Positions 1-7,797 of a DNA stretch of 32,000 bases are shown here, piece after piece. Under the pieces are notes generated by a model. The model was not told the DNA's origin, ran no database searches, and saw only the letters and a program-made list of their open reading frames with translations. The DNA comes from Sinorhizobium meliloti (lineage in GTDB: Bacteria; Pseudomonadota; Alphaproteobacteria; Rhizobiales; Rhizobiaceae): the NCBI RefSeq assembly GCF_017876815.1, contig NZ_JAGIOS010000002.1, positions 330,001 to 362,000 on the forward strand. The letters are read 5' to 3'. Made by a program: the position numbers and the translations under genes. Numbering within the stretch: the first letter of the stretch is position 1; each line of letters starts with the position of its first letter.

Positions 1-437
1 CCGGCGGAGGCGAGCGCCAGAGGCGCATAGGACAGGCTGCGCGACAGATCGAGTGCGATCGTATGCACATTGCGTGAGGTCCAGGCCTGCCAGGTGAAGA
101 GGATGGTCATGACGATGAAGAAGAGCGCCAGCAGCAGATAGTTGAACCAGGCGACGGCTTTCCGCCAGCTGTCCGGGAGGGCCGCGACAAGCACGTCGAT
201 CGCCGCATGCGTGCCGAGACGGACGCCCGCGACGGCACCGAAGAAGACGAGATAGGCGAAGACCATCATCGCGAGTTCATAGGTCCAGGCGGCCGGCTGC
301 GGAAAGACATAACGGCTGACGACCCCCCAGAGAATCGAGAAGACGATGACGAGGAGCGCCGCGACGCCGATTGCCTCATCGGCGCGGCGCAGGCTGAAGA
401 GAGGAATTGTCTCCTCCGGCGAGCGTGAGCTTTCCAT
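1..437 (-). CDS. TRAP transporter small permease subunit (DctQ family), C-terminus cut by the window edge
   Basis: Not in the ORF track because there is no stop inside the window. My own reverse-complement translation from the ATG at 437..435 gives MESSRSPEETIPLFSLRRADEAIGVAALLVIVFSILWGVVSRYVFPQPAAWTYELAMMVFAYLVFFGAVAGVRLGTHAAIDVLVAALPDSW... This shows consecutive hydrophobic helices, as in DctQ. GAGG lies 4-5 nt upstream of the ATG. The gene sits downstream of the DctP-type binding protein on the same strand. Confidence 0.7.
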   Translation of the reverse strand, partial: MESSRSPEETIPLFSLRRADEAIGVAALLVIVFSILWGVVSRYVFPQPAAWTYELAMMVFAYLVFFGAVAGVRLGTHAAIDVLVAALPDSWRKAVAWFNYLLLALFFIVMTILFTWQAWTSRNVHTIALDLSRSLSYAPLALASA

Positions 438-546
438 GATGCCTCGATTGTTAAGGGGCAATCCGAACTGGCGTCGATGCAGGCCCGTTTGGCATTCGGG
501 GCGCGATCACGCCGGCGAAGACGCGGCCCCGCGGCAGCTGTGTCCA

Positions 547-596
547 AGAGCGGGGTGAAGAAAAGTGTGTGCGGTCTTCCGCCCACATCCCGCTCT
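547..596. repeat. REP/RIME-like palindromic intergenic element, family A (core GAAAAGTGTGTGCGG..CCGCC flanked by AGAGCGGG / CCCGCTCT arms)
   Basis: The arms AGAGCGGGGTG (547-557) and CACATCCCGCTCT (584-596) are imperfect reverse complements. The loop is the reverse complement of the loop of the copy at 9540-9590, with a few mismatches. The element lies between the dctP stop (619) and the dctQ start (437). Confidence 0.75.
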
Positions 597-618
597 AATT
601 CTTTGGAACCGGCGTCTC

Positions 619-1596
619 CTACTCTGCCATCGCCTTCTGCACCTGATCATAGATGCCGGGCGTGATGTTCGGCACCTTGTCATAGGCAGCACGCGAGGCC
701 TCGATGAATGACGGAATGTCGACATCGGTCACGATCTCGACGCCGGAGGCGGCGAGCTGTTTTGCATAGGCGTCGTCCGTCTCCAGCGTCATCTGCGTCA
801 GTTCCTTGGCAATCGTCTGCCCTTCCTCCAGCAGGATCGTCTGCAGGTCCTCGGGCAGGCTGTTGAAGAACTGGCTGGAGGCCACCCAGGCCGTAAACAT
901 GATCTGGTGACCGGTTTTCGAAATGACCTTGCGGGTCTCGTTCAGCTTCGCCCCGGCGATCGAGCCGAAGGGGCCTTCGGCCGCGTCGACGACTCCGGTC
1001 TGCAACGCATTGTAGACGTCTCCCCACGGCAATTCCGTCGGCCTTGCGCCGTAGTTGCCGAAGGTCGCCATCATGATCGGCGACGAGGGGACGCGAATGG
1101 TGACGCCGGCCAGGTCCGCGGGTGAGCGAACCGGCTTGTTGGCGATGATGTGACGGTAGCCGAACAGGCCGTTCGGCATGATGATCTTGATGCCCCGCGC
1201 CTCCAGCGTGCCGGAAAGGTCCTTGTAGAGATCCGAAGCGAAGAGACGGTCCGTCGCCGCCAGATCCGGATAGACATAGGGGCCGGCGAGGATCGACAGA
1301 TCCGGCACGAACTGGCCTAGCTGACCATAATCGGTGGCGCTGAGCAGGCTTGCGCCGCTCATCACCATCTCATTGACCTTTTTTTGCGCGCCGAGCTGAT
1401 CGCCCGTCATGACGGTAATGGCGATGCGTCCGCCGGAGCGCTCACCGACACGCTCGGCATAGGTTTTCATGGCCTTGATGATCGGCTCGTTCGGATTCAC
1501 CTGCGAGGTCGAGAAGCGCAGGCTGTATTCCTGCGCGTTGGCAATGCCGCAGAACGACAATGCAGCCATCGCGGCCGCAGCGATCAAGGTTTTCAT
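619..1596 (-). CDS. TRAP transporter substrate-binding protein (DctP family)
   Basis: 325-aa ORF with signal peptide MKTLIAAAAMAALSFCGIANA|QE. Full-length resemblance to DctP-type periplasmic binding proteins (e.g. ...GVTIRVPSSPIMMATFGNYGARPTELPWGDVYNALQTGVVDAAEGP...). GGGAGGA lies 5 nt upstream of the ATG at 1596. Confidence 0.88.
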   Translation of the reverse strand: MKTLIAAAAMAALSFCGIANAQEYSLRFSTSQVNPNEPIIKAMKTYAERVGERSGGRIAITVMTGDQLGAQKKVNEMVMSGASLLSATDYGQLGQFVPDLSILAGPYVYPDLAATDRLFASDLYKDLSGTLEARGIKIIMPNGLFGYRHIIANKPVRSPADLAGVTIRVPSSPIMMATFGNYGARPTELPWGDVYNALQTGVVDAAEGPFGSIAGAKLNETRKVISKTGHQIMFTAWVASSQFFNSLPEDLQTILLEEGQTIAKELTQMTLETDDAYAKQLAASGVEIVTDVDIPSFIEASRAAYDKVPNITPGIYDQVQKAMAE

Positions 1597-2069
1597 GCTG
1601 TCCTCCCTATTCCCGGACTCCGCCTCCGGACTCTCACAAGTTTGAATAATATATTCACAAATGAACGAATGGCGTCAAGCGATGAATCGTCCCTCGATGG
1701 CCTTCAAAACAGAGAAAACGTCGACGGTTTTCACATCGCGACGGCTCAATTCGCGCGAACAATCTATTCCTAAATAAATTTTCGGACCGTCCGGATCTCG
1801 GAGGGCCCGGCAGTCGATCCATCCTCGGCCCGCGATCCTGCGCTCCTCCGAGCGTCATCCTTGACCAGGGTCACGCCGAGGATGACGGCGCTGGCACCAG
1901 AAAGGGCGCGGCAAGACCGGTGCACCAATCGGCTGATCTTCGCGAACGGCACAAAATTTCATCACCGAGTGCAAACGGCTTACTTTTAAAGCAAACGGCT
2001 TACTTCGCGACAAGGGGCGTTTTCCGCCTTTTGCAGAGTTTTCAAGGCAATAGCCGAAGGGCAGAGATC

Positions 2070-2085
2070 TGGCACAGCATTTGCA
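2070..2085 (+). promoter_or_regulatory. Candidate sigma-54 (-24/-12) promoter for nirBD-nasA-cysG
   Basis: cTGGCACagcatTTGCAt matches TGGCAC-N5-TTGCW exactly. It is on the nirB strand, 248 nt upstream of the nirB ATG. Confidence 0.6.
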
Positions 2086-2332
2086 TTCCTACAGCTGCTT
2101 CGGTCAATGGCGATTGAAGCGAGCTCAGGCGCCGCATACGCCTGCCGAAGACACCGACGTCGCAAGGTCTTTGCCTCCGTAAGGGTTTCCTCCCGGTCCC
2201 GGAGCGCAATTTCCGAGCGGCGTTTTTTTATGCCGGTTTCGGCCGGCCAAATCGAACCGACCTGAACTGCCGCGAAGCACTGCTCGAATTTTTCTATGAG
2301 CGCCCGCTTCGCAGAAGCTGCGGAGTGACCAC

Positions 2333-4795
2333 ATGACTGAAACTGCACGCGAGAAACTCGTCATCGTCGGCAACGGCATGGCTCCGGGCCGGATGCTGGA
2401 AGAGCTCTTCGAAAAGGCGCCCGGGCGTTATGCCGTAACGATCTTCAACGCTGAGCCGCGCGTCAATTACGACCGCATCATGCTCTCGCCGGTGCTATCC
2501 GGCGAGAAGGAGTATGAGGAGATCATCATCCATGGCGACGGATGGTACATCAAGCACGGCATCACCCTCTACAAGGGCCACAAGATCATTGCGATCGATC
2601 GCGACGCCAAGACCGTCACCTCCGACCACGGCGTCACGGAAGGCTATGACAAGCTGGTGATCGCCACCGGTTCGGTGCCCTTCATCATCCCCGTGCCGGG
2701 CAAGGAACTGCGCGGCGTCATCACCTATCGCGATCTGGACGATGTGCAGGCGATGCTGCTCGCGGCGCAATCTCGCGAAAAGGCCGTCGTCATCGGTGGC
2801 GGCCTGCTCGGGCTGGAGGCGGCAGCAGGTCTTCAGGCACGCGGCATGGACGTCACCGTTCTGCATGTCATGCCGACACTGATGGAGCGCCAGCTCGATC
2901 CGGCCGCAGGCTACCTCCTGCAGAAGGCCGTCGAAGAGCGCGGCATCAAGGTCGTCACAAAGGCGAACACGAAGCGCATCCTCGGCGAGGAGAAGGTCGA
3001 GGGCATCGAACTCGACGATGGCCGGATCATTCCGGCGACGCTGGTCGTGATGGCCGTCGGTATCCGGCCGAATGCCGGTCTTGCCAAGGAAGCCGGGCTG
3101 GCCGTCAATCGCGGCATCGTCGTCGACGCCGGAATGCAGACGTCCGACGGGGACATCATGGCACTCGGCGAGTGTGCCGAAGTCGGTGGCATGGTCTACG
3201 GCCTCGTCGCGCCCCTTTACGAAATGGCGCGCGTCGCCGCCTCCCACCTCGCCGGCGACCGTCGCGCCGCCTTCGCGCATTCCGACACGCCGACGAAACT
3301 GAAGGTGACGGGCATCAACCTCTATTCGGTCGGCGACTTCGCCGATGCCGACGGACGCGAGGAGATCGTGCTGCGTGATGCCACTGCCGGCATCTACAAG
3401 CGGCTCGTACTGAAAGACAACCGCATCATCGGTACCGTGCTCTATGGGGACACCGCCGACGGTGCCTGGTTCAACGACCTTTTGAAGCGCGGGACGGACA
3501 TCTCCGAAATGCGCGACACCCTTATCTTCGGCCAGGCCTATCAGGGGGGATCTCCGCTGGACCCTACGGCGGCCGTTGCAGCCTTGCCGGATGATGCGGA
3601 AATCTGCGGCTGCAACGGCGTGTGCAAGGGCAAGATCGTCGGAGCGATCACCTCCAAGGGCCTGACCTCGCTCGACGACGTGCGCGCCCACACCAAGGCT
3701 TCCGCCTCCTGCGGTTCCTGCACCGGCCTGGTCGAGCAGATCATGTCGCTGACGCTCGGCGACACCTACAATCCGGCTGCGGTGCAGCCGATGTGCAACT
3801 GCACCGATCTCGGCCATGACGACGTGCGGCGCCTGATCAAGGCGAAGAAGCTGAAATCCATTCCCGCCGTCATGCAGGAACTGGAATGGAAGACCTCCTG
3901 CGGCTGCGCGAAGTGTCGCCCCGCCCTCAATTATTACCTCGTCTGCGATTGGCCGGATGAATATGCCGACGATTACCAGTCGCGCTTCATCAACGAGCGT
4001 GTCCACGCCAATATCCAGAAGGACGGCACCTATTCCGTCGTACCCCGCATGTGGGGCGGCGTCACCAATTCGAAGGAACTTCGCGCCATCGCCGATGTCG
4101 TCGACAAGTTCAACGTGCCGCTGGTGAAGGTGACCGGCGGTCAGCGCATCGACCTGCTCGGCATCGAGAAGGAGGACCTGCCCGCCGTCTGGGCCGATCT
4201 CGGCCAGGCGGGCTTCGTTTCGGGTCAGGCCTACGCCAAGGGGCTCAGAACGGTGAAGACCTGCGTCGGCTCCGATTGGTGCCGCTTCGGCACACAGGAT
4301 TCGACCGGCCTCGGCATCCGCATCGAGAAATTCATGTGGGGTTCCTGGACGCCGGCCAAGCTGAAGATGGCCGTCTCCGGCTGCCCGCGCAATTGCGCCG
4401 AGGCGACCTGCAAGGACGTCGGGGTCATCTGCGTCGACTCCGGCTTCGAGATCCATTTCGCAGGTGCCGCCGGCCTCGACATCAAGGGCACCGAGGTTCT
4501 GGGTCTGGTCAGGACGGAGGACGAGGCGCTCGAACATATCGTCGCGCTGACGCAGATGTATCGCGAGCAGGCCCGCTACCTCGAGCGCATTTACAAATGG
4601 GCAAAGCGCGTCGGCCTCGCCGAGATCCGCCGGCAGATCATGGACGATGGGGAAAAGCGCAAGGCCTATTTCGACCGCTTCGTCTTCAGCCAGAAATTCG
4701 CCCAGGTCGACCCTTGGTCGGAACGGGTCTCCGGCAAGGACAAGCACGAGTTCCGGCCGATGGCGACGGTCGGCTTCAATCAGGCAGCGGAGTAA
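2333..4795 (+). CDS. nirB: Assimilatory NAD(P)H-nitrite reductase large subunit
   Basis: 820 aa. N-terminal FAD/NAD Rossmann motif (LVIVGNGMAPGR, VVIGGGLLGLEAA). BFD-like [2Fe-2S] motif CGCNGVC...CGSCTG. Siroheme/4Fe-4S region (CVGSDWCRFG, SGCPRNCAEA). GGAG lies 8 nt upstream of the ATG. Confidence 0.95.
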   Translation: MTETAREKLVIVGNGMAPGRMLEELFEKAPGRYAVTIFNAEPRVNYDRIMLSPVLSGEKEYEEIIIHGDGWYIKHGITLYKGHKIIAIDRDAKTVTSDHGVTEGYDKLVIATGSVPFIIPVPGKELRGVITYRDLDDVQAMLLAAQSREKAVVIGGGLLGLEAAAGLQARGMDVTVLHVMPTLMERQLDPAAGYLLQKAVEERGIKVVTKANTKRILGEEKVEGIELDDGRIIPATLVVMAVGIRPNAGLAKEAGLAVNRGIVVDAGMQTSDGDIMALGECAEVGGMVYGLVAPLYEMARVAASHLAGDRRAAFAHSDTPTKLKVTGINLYSVGDFADADGREEIVLRDATAGIYKRLVLKDNRIIGTVLYGDTADGAWFNDLLKRGTDISEMRDTLIFGQAYQGGSPLDPTAAVAALPDDAEICGCNGVCKGKIVGAITSKGLTSLDDVRAHTKASASCGSCTGLVEQIMSLTLGDTYNPAAVQPMCNCTDLGHDDVRRLIKAKKLKSIPAVMQELEWKTSCGCAKCRPALNYYLVCDWPDEYADDYQSRFINERVHANIQKDGTYSVVPRMWGGVTNSKELRAIADVVDKFNVPLVKVTGGQRIDLLGIEKEDLPAVWADLGQAGFVSGQAYAKGLRTVKTCVGSDWCRFGTQDSTGLGIRIEKFMWGSWTPAKLKMAVSGCPRNCAEATCKDVGVICVDSGFEIHFAGAAGLDIKGTEVLGLVRTEDEALEHIVALTQMYREQARYLERIYKWAKRVGLAEIRRQIMDDGEKRKAYFDRFVFSQKFAQVDPWSERVSGKDKHEFRPMATVGFNQAAE

Positions 4796-4798
4796 TCG

Positions 4799-5137
4799 AT
4801 GACGATGAACTGGATTGCAATTGGCGATATCAACGACATCCCGCTGCGCGGCGCCCGCTGCGTCAGGACGCCCACAGGCAAGATCGCGGTCTTCCGGACC
4901 GCCGATGACGAGGTCTTCGCTATCGAGGACCATTGCCCGCACAAGGGCGGCCCCCTTTCCCAGGGGATCGTGCACGGCACGGCCGTCACCTGCCCGCTGC
5001 ACAATTGGGTGATCTCGCTCGAGACCGGCAAGGCGCTCGGTGCCGACGAAGGCGAAGTGCGCACGATCCCCATCCGCAACGACAATGGCGCGCTGTTCGT
5101 CGCGCTTGAGAGCCTCGCACTGGCAGCGGCGGAATAA
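4799..5137 (+). CDS. nirD: Nitrite reductase small subunit (Rieske-like)
   Basis: 112 aa. Motifs CPHKGGPLSQG and CPLHNW are typical of NirD. It starts 3 nt after the nirB stop. Confidence 0.92.
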   Translation: MTMNWIAIGDINDIPLRGARCVRTPTGKIAVFRTADDEVFAIEDHCPHKGGPLSQGIVHGTAVTCPLHNWVISLETGKALGADEGEVRTIPIRNDNGALFVALESLALAAAE

Positions 5138-5139
5138 GC

Positions 5140-7797
5140 ATGGCGCACGAGGTGAAGACCACCTGTCCCTATTGCGGCGTCGGCTGCGGCGTCATTGCGC
5201 GCGTGAGGGATGACGGCGCAGTGAGCGTCAAGGGCGATCCGGAACATCCCGCCAATTTCGGCAGGCTCTGTTCGAAAGGGTCGGCGCTCGCCGAGACGCT
5301 CGATCTCGACGGCCGCCTCCTTCACGCGGAAATCGGCGGCCGTCGCGCAGGCTGGAGCGAGGCGCTCGACCTCGTTGCCGAACGCTTTTCGCGCAGTATC
5401 GCCGAGCACGGTCCCGATTCGGTTGCCTTCTACGTCTCGGGACAATTGCTGACGGAGGACTATTACATCGCCAATAAGTTGATGAAGGGTTTCATCGGCT
5501 CGGCGAATATCGACACCAATTCCCGGCTCTGCATGTCCTCCTCCGTCGCGGGCCACCGCCGGGCCTTCGGTTCCGACACGGTGCCGGGCGCTTACGAGGA
5601 CCTGGAGCTCGCCGAACTCGTGGCGCTGACGGGCTCCAATCTGGCCTGGTGCCATCCGGTGCTCTATCAGCGTCTCTCCGCAGCCAAGGCAAACCGCCCG
5701 GAGATGAAGATCGTCGCCATCGACCCCCGGCGCACGATGACCGCGGACATCGCCGACATGCATCTGGCAATCGCGCCCGACGGAGACGTCGCCCTCTTCA
5801 ACGGCCTGCTTGCCCATCTCGCCGCAAGCGGTGCGGTCGACCGGAACTATATCTCGAATTACACGAGCGGCTTCGACGAAGCCGTCGCGGCCGCATCCAG
5901 GTTCGAGCTTCCCGCGCTTTCCAAGGCGACCGGGCTGACAGTGGCGCAGCTTCGCGCCTTCTTCCGGCTCTTCGAGGCGACCGAAAAGGTCGTGACCTGT
6001 TACAGCCAGGGGGTAAACCAGTCTGCCGCCGGGACGGACAAGGTCAATGCCATCATCAACTGCCATCTTGCGACCGGCCGCATCGGCCGGCCGGGAATGG
6101 GACCCTTCTCGCTGACCGGGCAACCCAATGCGATGGGTGGGCGGGAGGTCGGGGGGCTGGCAAATATGCTTGCCGCCCATATGGACATCGAGAAATCGCT
6201 CCACCGGGATCAGGTACGGCGCTTCTGGAGCGCGCCGGCAGTGGCGAGCAAGCCCGGCCTCAAGGCGGTGGACATGTTCCGCGCGGTCGCAGACGGACGC
6301 ATCAAGGCGCTGTGGATCATGGCGACGAACCCGGTCGTCTCGATGCCCGACGCCGATGCCGTCGAAGCGGCGATCAAAGCCTGCCCCTTCGTGGTCGTCT
6401 CCGACATCGTGAGAGAGACCGACACGGCCCGCCACGCCCACGTGCTCCTGCCCTCGCTCGGCTGGGGCGAGAAGGACGGTACGGTCACCAATTCCGAGCG
6501 CCGCATCTCGCGCCAGCGCCCCTTTCTCGCAGCCCCCGGCGAAGCGCGGCCCGACTGGTGGCAACTCGCCGAAGTCGGAAGGCGCATGGGCTTCGCCGCG
6601 GCCTTCACCCATGGTTCACCAGCCGAGATCTTCGCCGAGCACGCCGCGCTTTCGGGGTTCGAAAACGAAGGACGCCGCGATTTCAACATCAGCGCCCATG
6701 CGGAGATCGACGGCCCAGCCTATGACGGACTGAGGCCGTTTCAGTGGCCGCAGCCCCAGGGCAGCGCGCCGCAGAGGAAGCGGTTCTTTGCCGAGGGCGC
6801 ATTCTATCATCCGGATGGCCGCGCGCGCCTCGTCGCGGTCGAGGTGCCACGGCCAAGAAGTGCTAACGATGCTTTCCCCTTCACGCTCAACACCGGCCGG
6901 GTGCGCGACCACTGGCATACCATGACGCGCACGGGCAAGAGCGCCCGGCTGTCGGGCCATCTCGCCGAGCCCTTCGTCGAGATTCATCCGCGTGACGCAC
7001 AGGGGGCCGGCATCAGCGACGCTGACCTCGTCACCCTGGAAAGTCCGAACGGGGCGGCGATCGTCCGGGCGCTGGTCACCGACCGGCAGGCGGAAGGCAA
7101 TCTCTTCGTGCCCATGCACTGGAACGACCAGTTCGCCTCCAAGGCCCGGATCGATGCGCTGGTTGCGCCGGTCACCGACCCGGTCTCCGGCCAGCCGGCG
7201 TCGAAGAACATGCCGGTCCGTGCGAGCCGCTTTGCGGCCGCCGCCTATGGCTTCGCGGTTTCGGCGCGTAAACCTCAGGAACTCGACGCCGCCTATTGGG
7301 CGCTCGCCAGGGCCGAGGGCGGGTGGCGGGTGGAACTCGCCTTCGCCGAAACGAATGCCGACTGGCTCGACTGGTGCCGGAAGACCTTTGCGATCGCCGC
7401 CGGGATCGAACCGATCGGCTATACGGACCGCACCTCCGGCGAGCTTCGCCTGGCCTTTTTCGAAGGGGACCGGCTGCTCGCTACCCTGTTCCTTTCTTCG
7501 CGGCCGGTCGCCGTCGCGCGCAGCTGGGCGGTATCGCAGCTCGGCGCTTCGCACCACAATCTCGCCAAGCGCTTCGCGGTAACCGCCGGCCGCCCGGGCG
7601 CCAACACGCCCGATCCGGGCGCGACCGTCTGCTCGTGCTTCAGCGTCGGCGTCAACCAGATCACTGCCGCCGTCCGCGACGGTTGCCACAGCGTCGAAGC
7701 GGTGGGCGAGAGGCTCAGCGCCGGCACCAATTGCGGCTCCTGCCGCGCGGAGATCAAGGGAATCATAAATGGCTGCCTCACCCTCGCTGCGGAGTAA
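5140..7797 (+). CDS. nasA: Assimilatory nitrate reductase catalytic subunit (molybdopterin oxidoreductase with C-terminal BFD-like [2Fe-2S] domain)
   Basis: 885 aa. N-terminal 4Fe-4S motif CPYCGVGCGV...C. Molybdopterin oxidoreductase body (SANIDTNSRLCMSS, TNSERRIS). C-terminal CSCFSVG...GTNCGSCR. It starts 2 nt after the nirD stop. Confidence 0.93.
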   Translation: MAHEVKTTCPYCGVGCGVIARVRDDGAVSVKGDPEHPANFGRLCSKGSALAETLDLDGRLLHAEIGGRRAGWSEALDLVAERFSRSIAEHGPDSVAFYVSGQLLTEDYYIANKLMKGFIGSANIDTNSRLCMSSSVAGHRRAFGSDTVPGAYEDLELAELVALTGSNLAWCHPVLYQRLSAAKANRPEMKIVAIDPRRTMTADIADMHLAIAPDGDVALFNGLLAHLAASGAVDRNYISNYTSGFDEAVAAASRFELPALSKATGLTVAQLRAFFRLFEATEKVVTCYSQGVNQSAAGTDKVNAIINCHLATGRIGRPGMGPFSLTGQPNAMGGREVGGLANMLAAHMDIEKSLHRDQVRRFWSAPAVASKPGLKAVDMFRAVADGRIKALWIMATNPVVSMPDADAVEAAIKACPFVVVSDIVRETDTARHAHVLLPSLGWGEKDGTVTNSERRISRQRPFLAAPGEARPDWWQLAEVGRRMGFAAAFTHGSPAEIFAEHAALSGFENEGRRDFNISAHAEIDGPAYDGLRPFQWPQPQGSAPQRKRFFAEGAFYHPDGRARLVAVEVPRPRSANDAFPFTLNTGRVRDHWHTMTRTGKSARLSGHLAEPFVEIHPRDAQGAGISDADLVTLESPNGAAIVRALVTDRQAEGNLFVPMHWNDQFASKARIDALVAPVTDPVSGQPASKNMPVRASRFAAAAYGFAVSARKPQELDAAYWALARAEGGWRVELAFAETNADWLDWCRKTFAIAAGIEPIGYTDRTSGELRLAFFEGDRLLATLFLSSRPVAVARSWAVSQLGASHHNLAKRFAVTAGRPGANTPDPGATVCSCFSVGVNQITAAVRDGCHSVEAVGERLSAGTNCGSCRAEIKGIINGCLTLAAE

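Noticed and set aside
1947-1962. Second sigma-54-like sequence cGGCACaaaatTTCAt.
   Set aside because: It lacks the T of TGGCAC and the invariant GC of the -12 element (TTCA instead of TTGC). The site at 2070-2085 is a full match.
2217-2229. The T7 run as a standard intrinsic terminator.
   Set aside because: There is no compact GC hairpin directly abutting the U-tract. Only a long-range 6-bp pairing (2131-2136 with 2217-2222) is available. I kept it as a candidate attenuator rather than annotating a terminator.
2097-2332. Canonical ANTAR (NasT/NasR-type) dual hexaloop hairpins in the nirB leader.
   Set aside because: I enumerated the small hairpins by eye. Their loops are 3, 5, 7 or 14 nt, or UUUCGG. 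None has the A..G.. hexaloop pair. A non-canonical element is still possible (see findings).
1986-2348. 120-aa minus-strand ORF and other 60-130-aa ORFs filling the 1597-2332 intergenic region.
   Set aside because: No recognisable domains and no SD, with composition typical of non-coding frames. The region is better explained as a regulatory region and leader for nirB.
2495-5002. 835-aa ORF on the minus strand antisense to nirB/nirD. Similar long antisense ORFs: 4780-6612 (-), 6616-7689 (-), 7778-8899 (-), 10487-11785 (+), 11842-12921 (+), 13829-14809 (+), 17623-18984 (+), 21673-22851 (+), 23180-24538 (+), 24342-25871 (+), 26027-27493 (+), 30247-31098 (+).
   Set aside because: Each lies opposite a gene with an unmistakable conserved protein sequence. 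Their translations are Arg/Gly/Asp/His/Ala-rich and low in complexity, with no recognisable motifs. Long stop-free antisense frames are expected in high-GC DNA.
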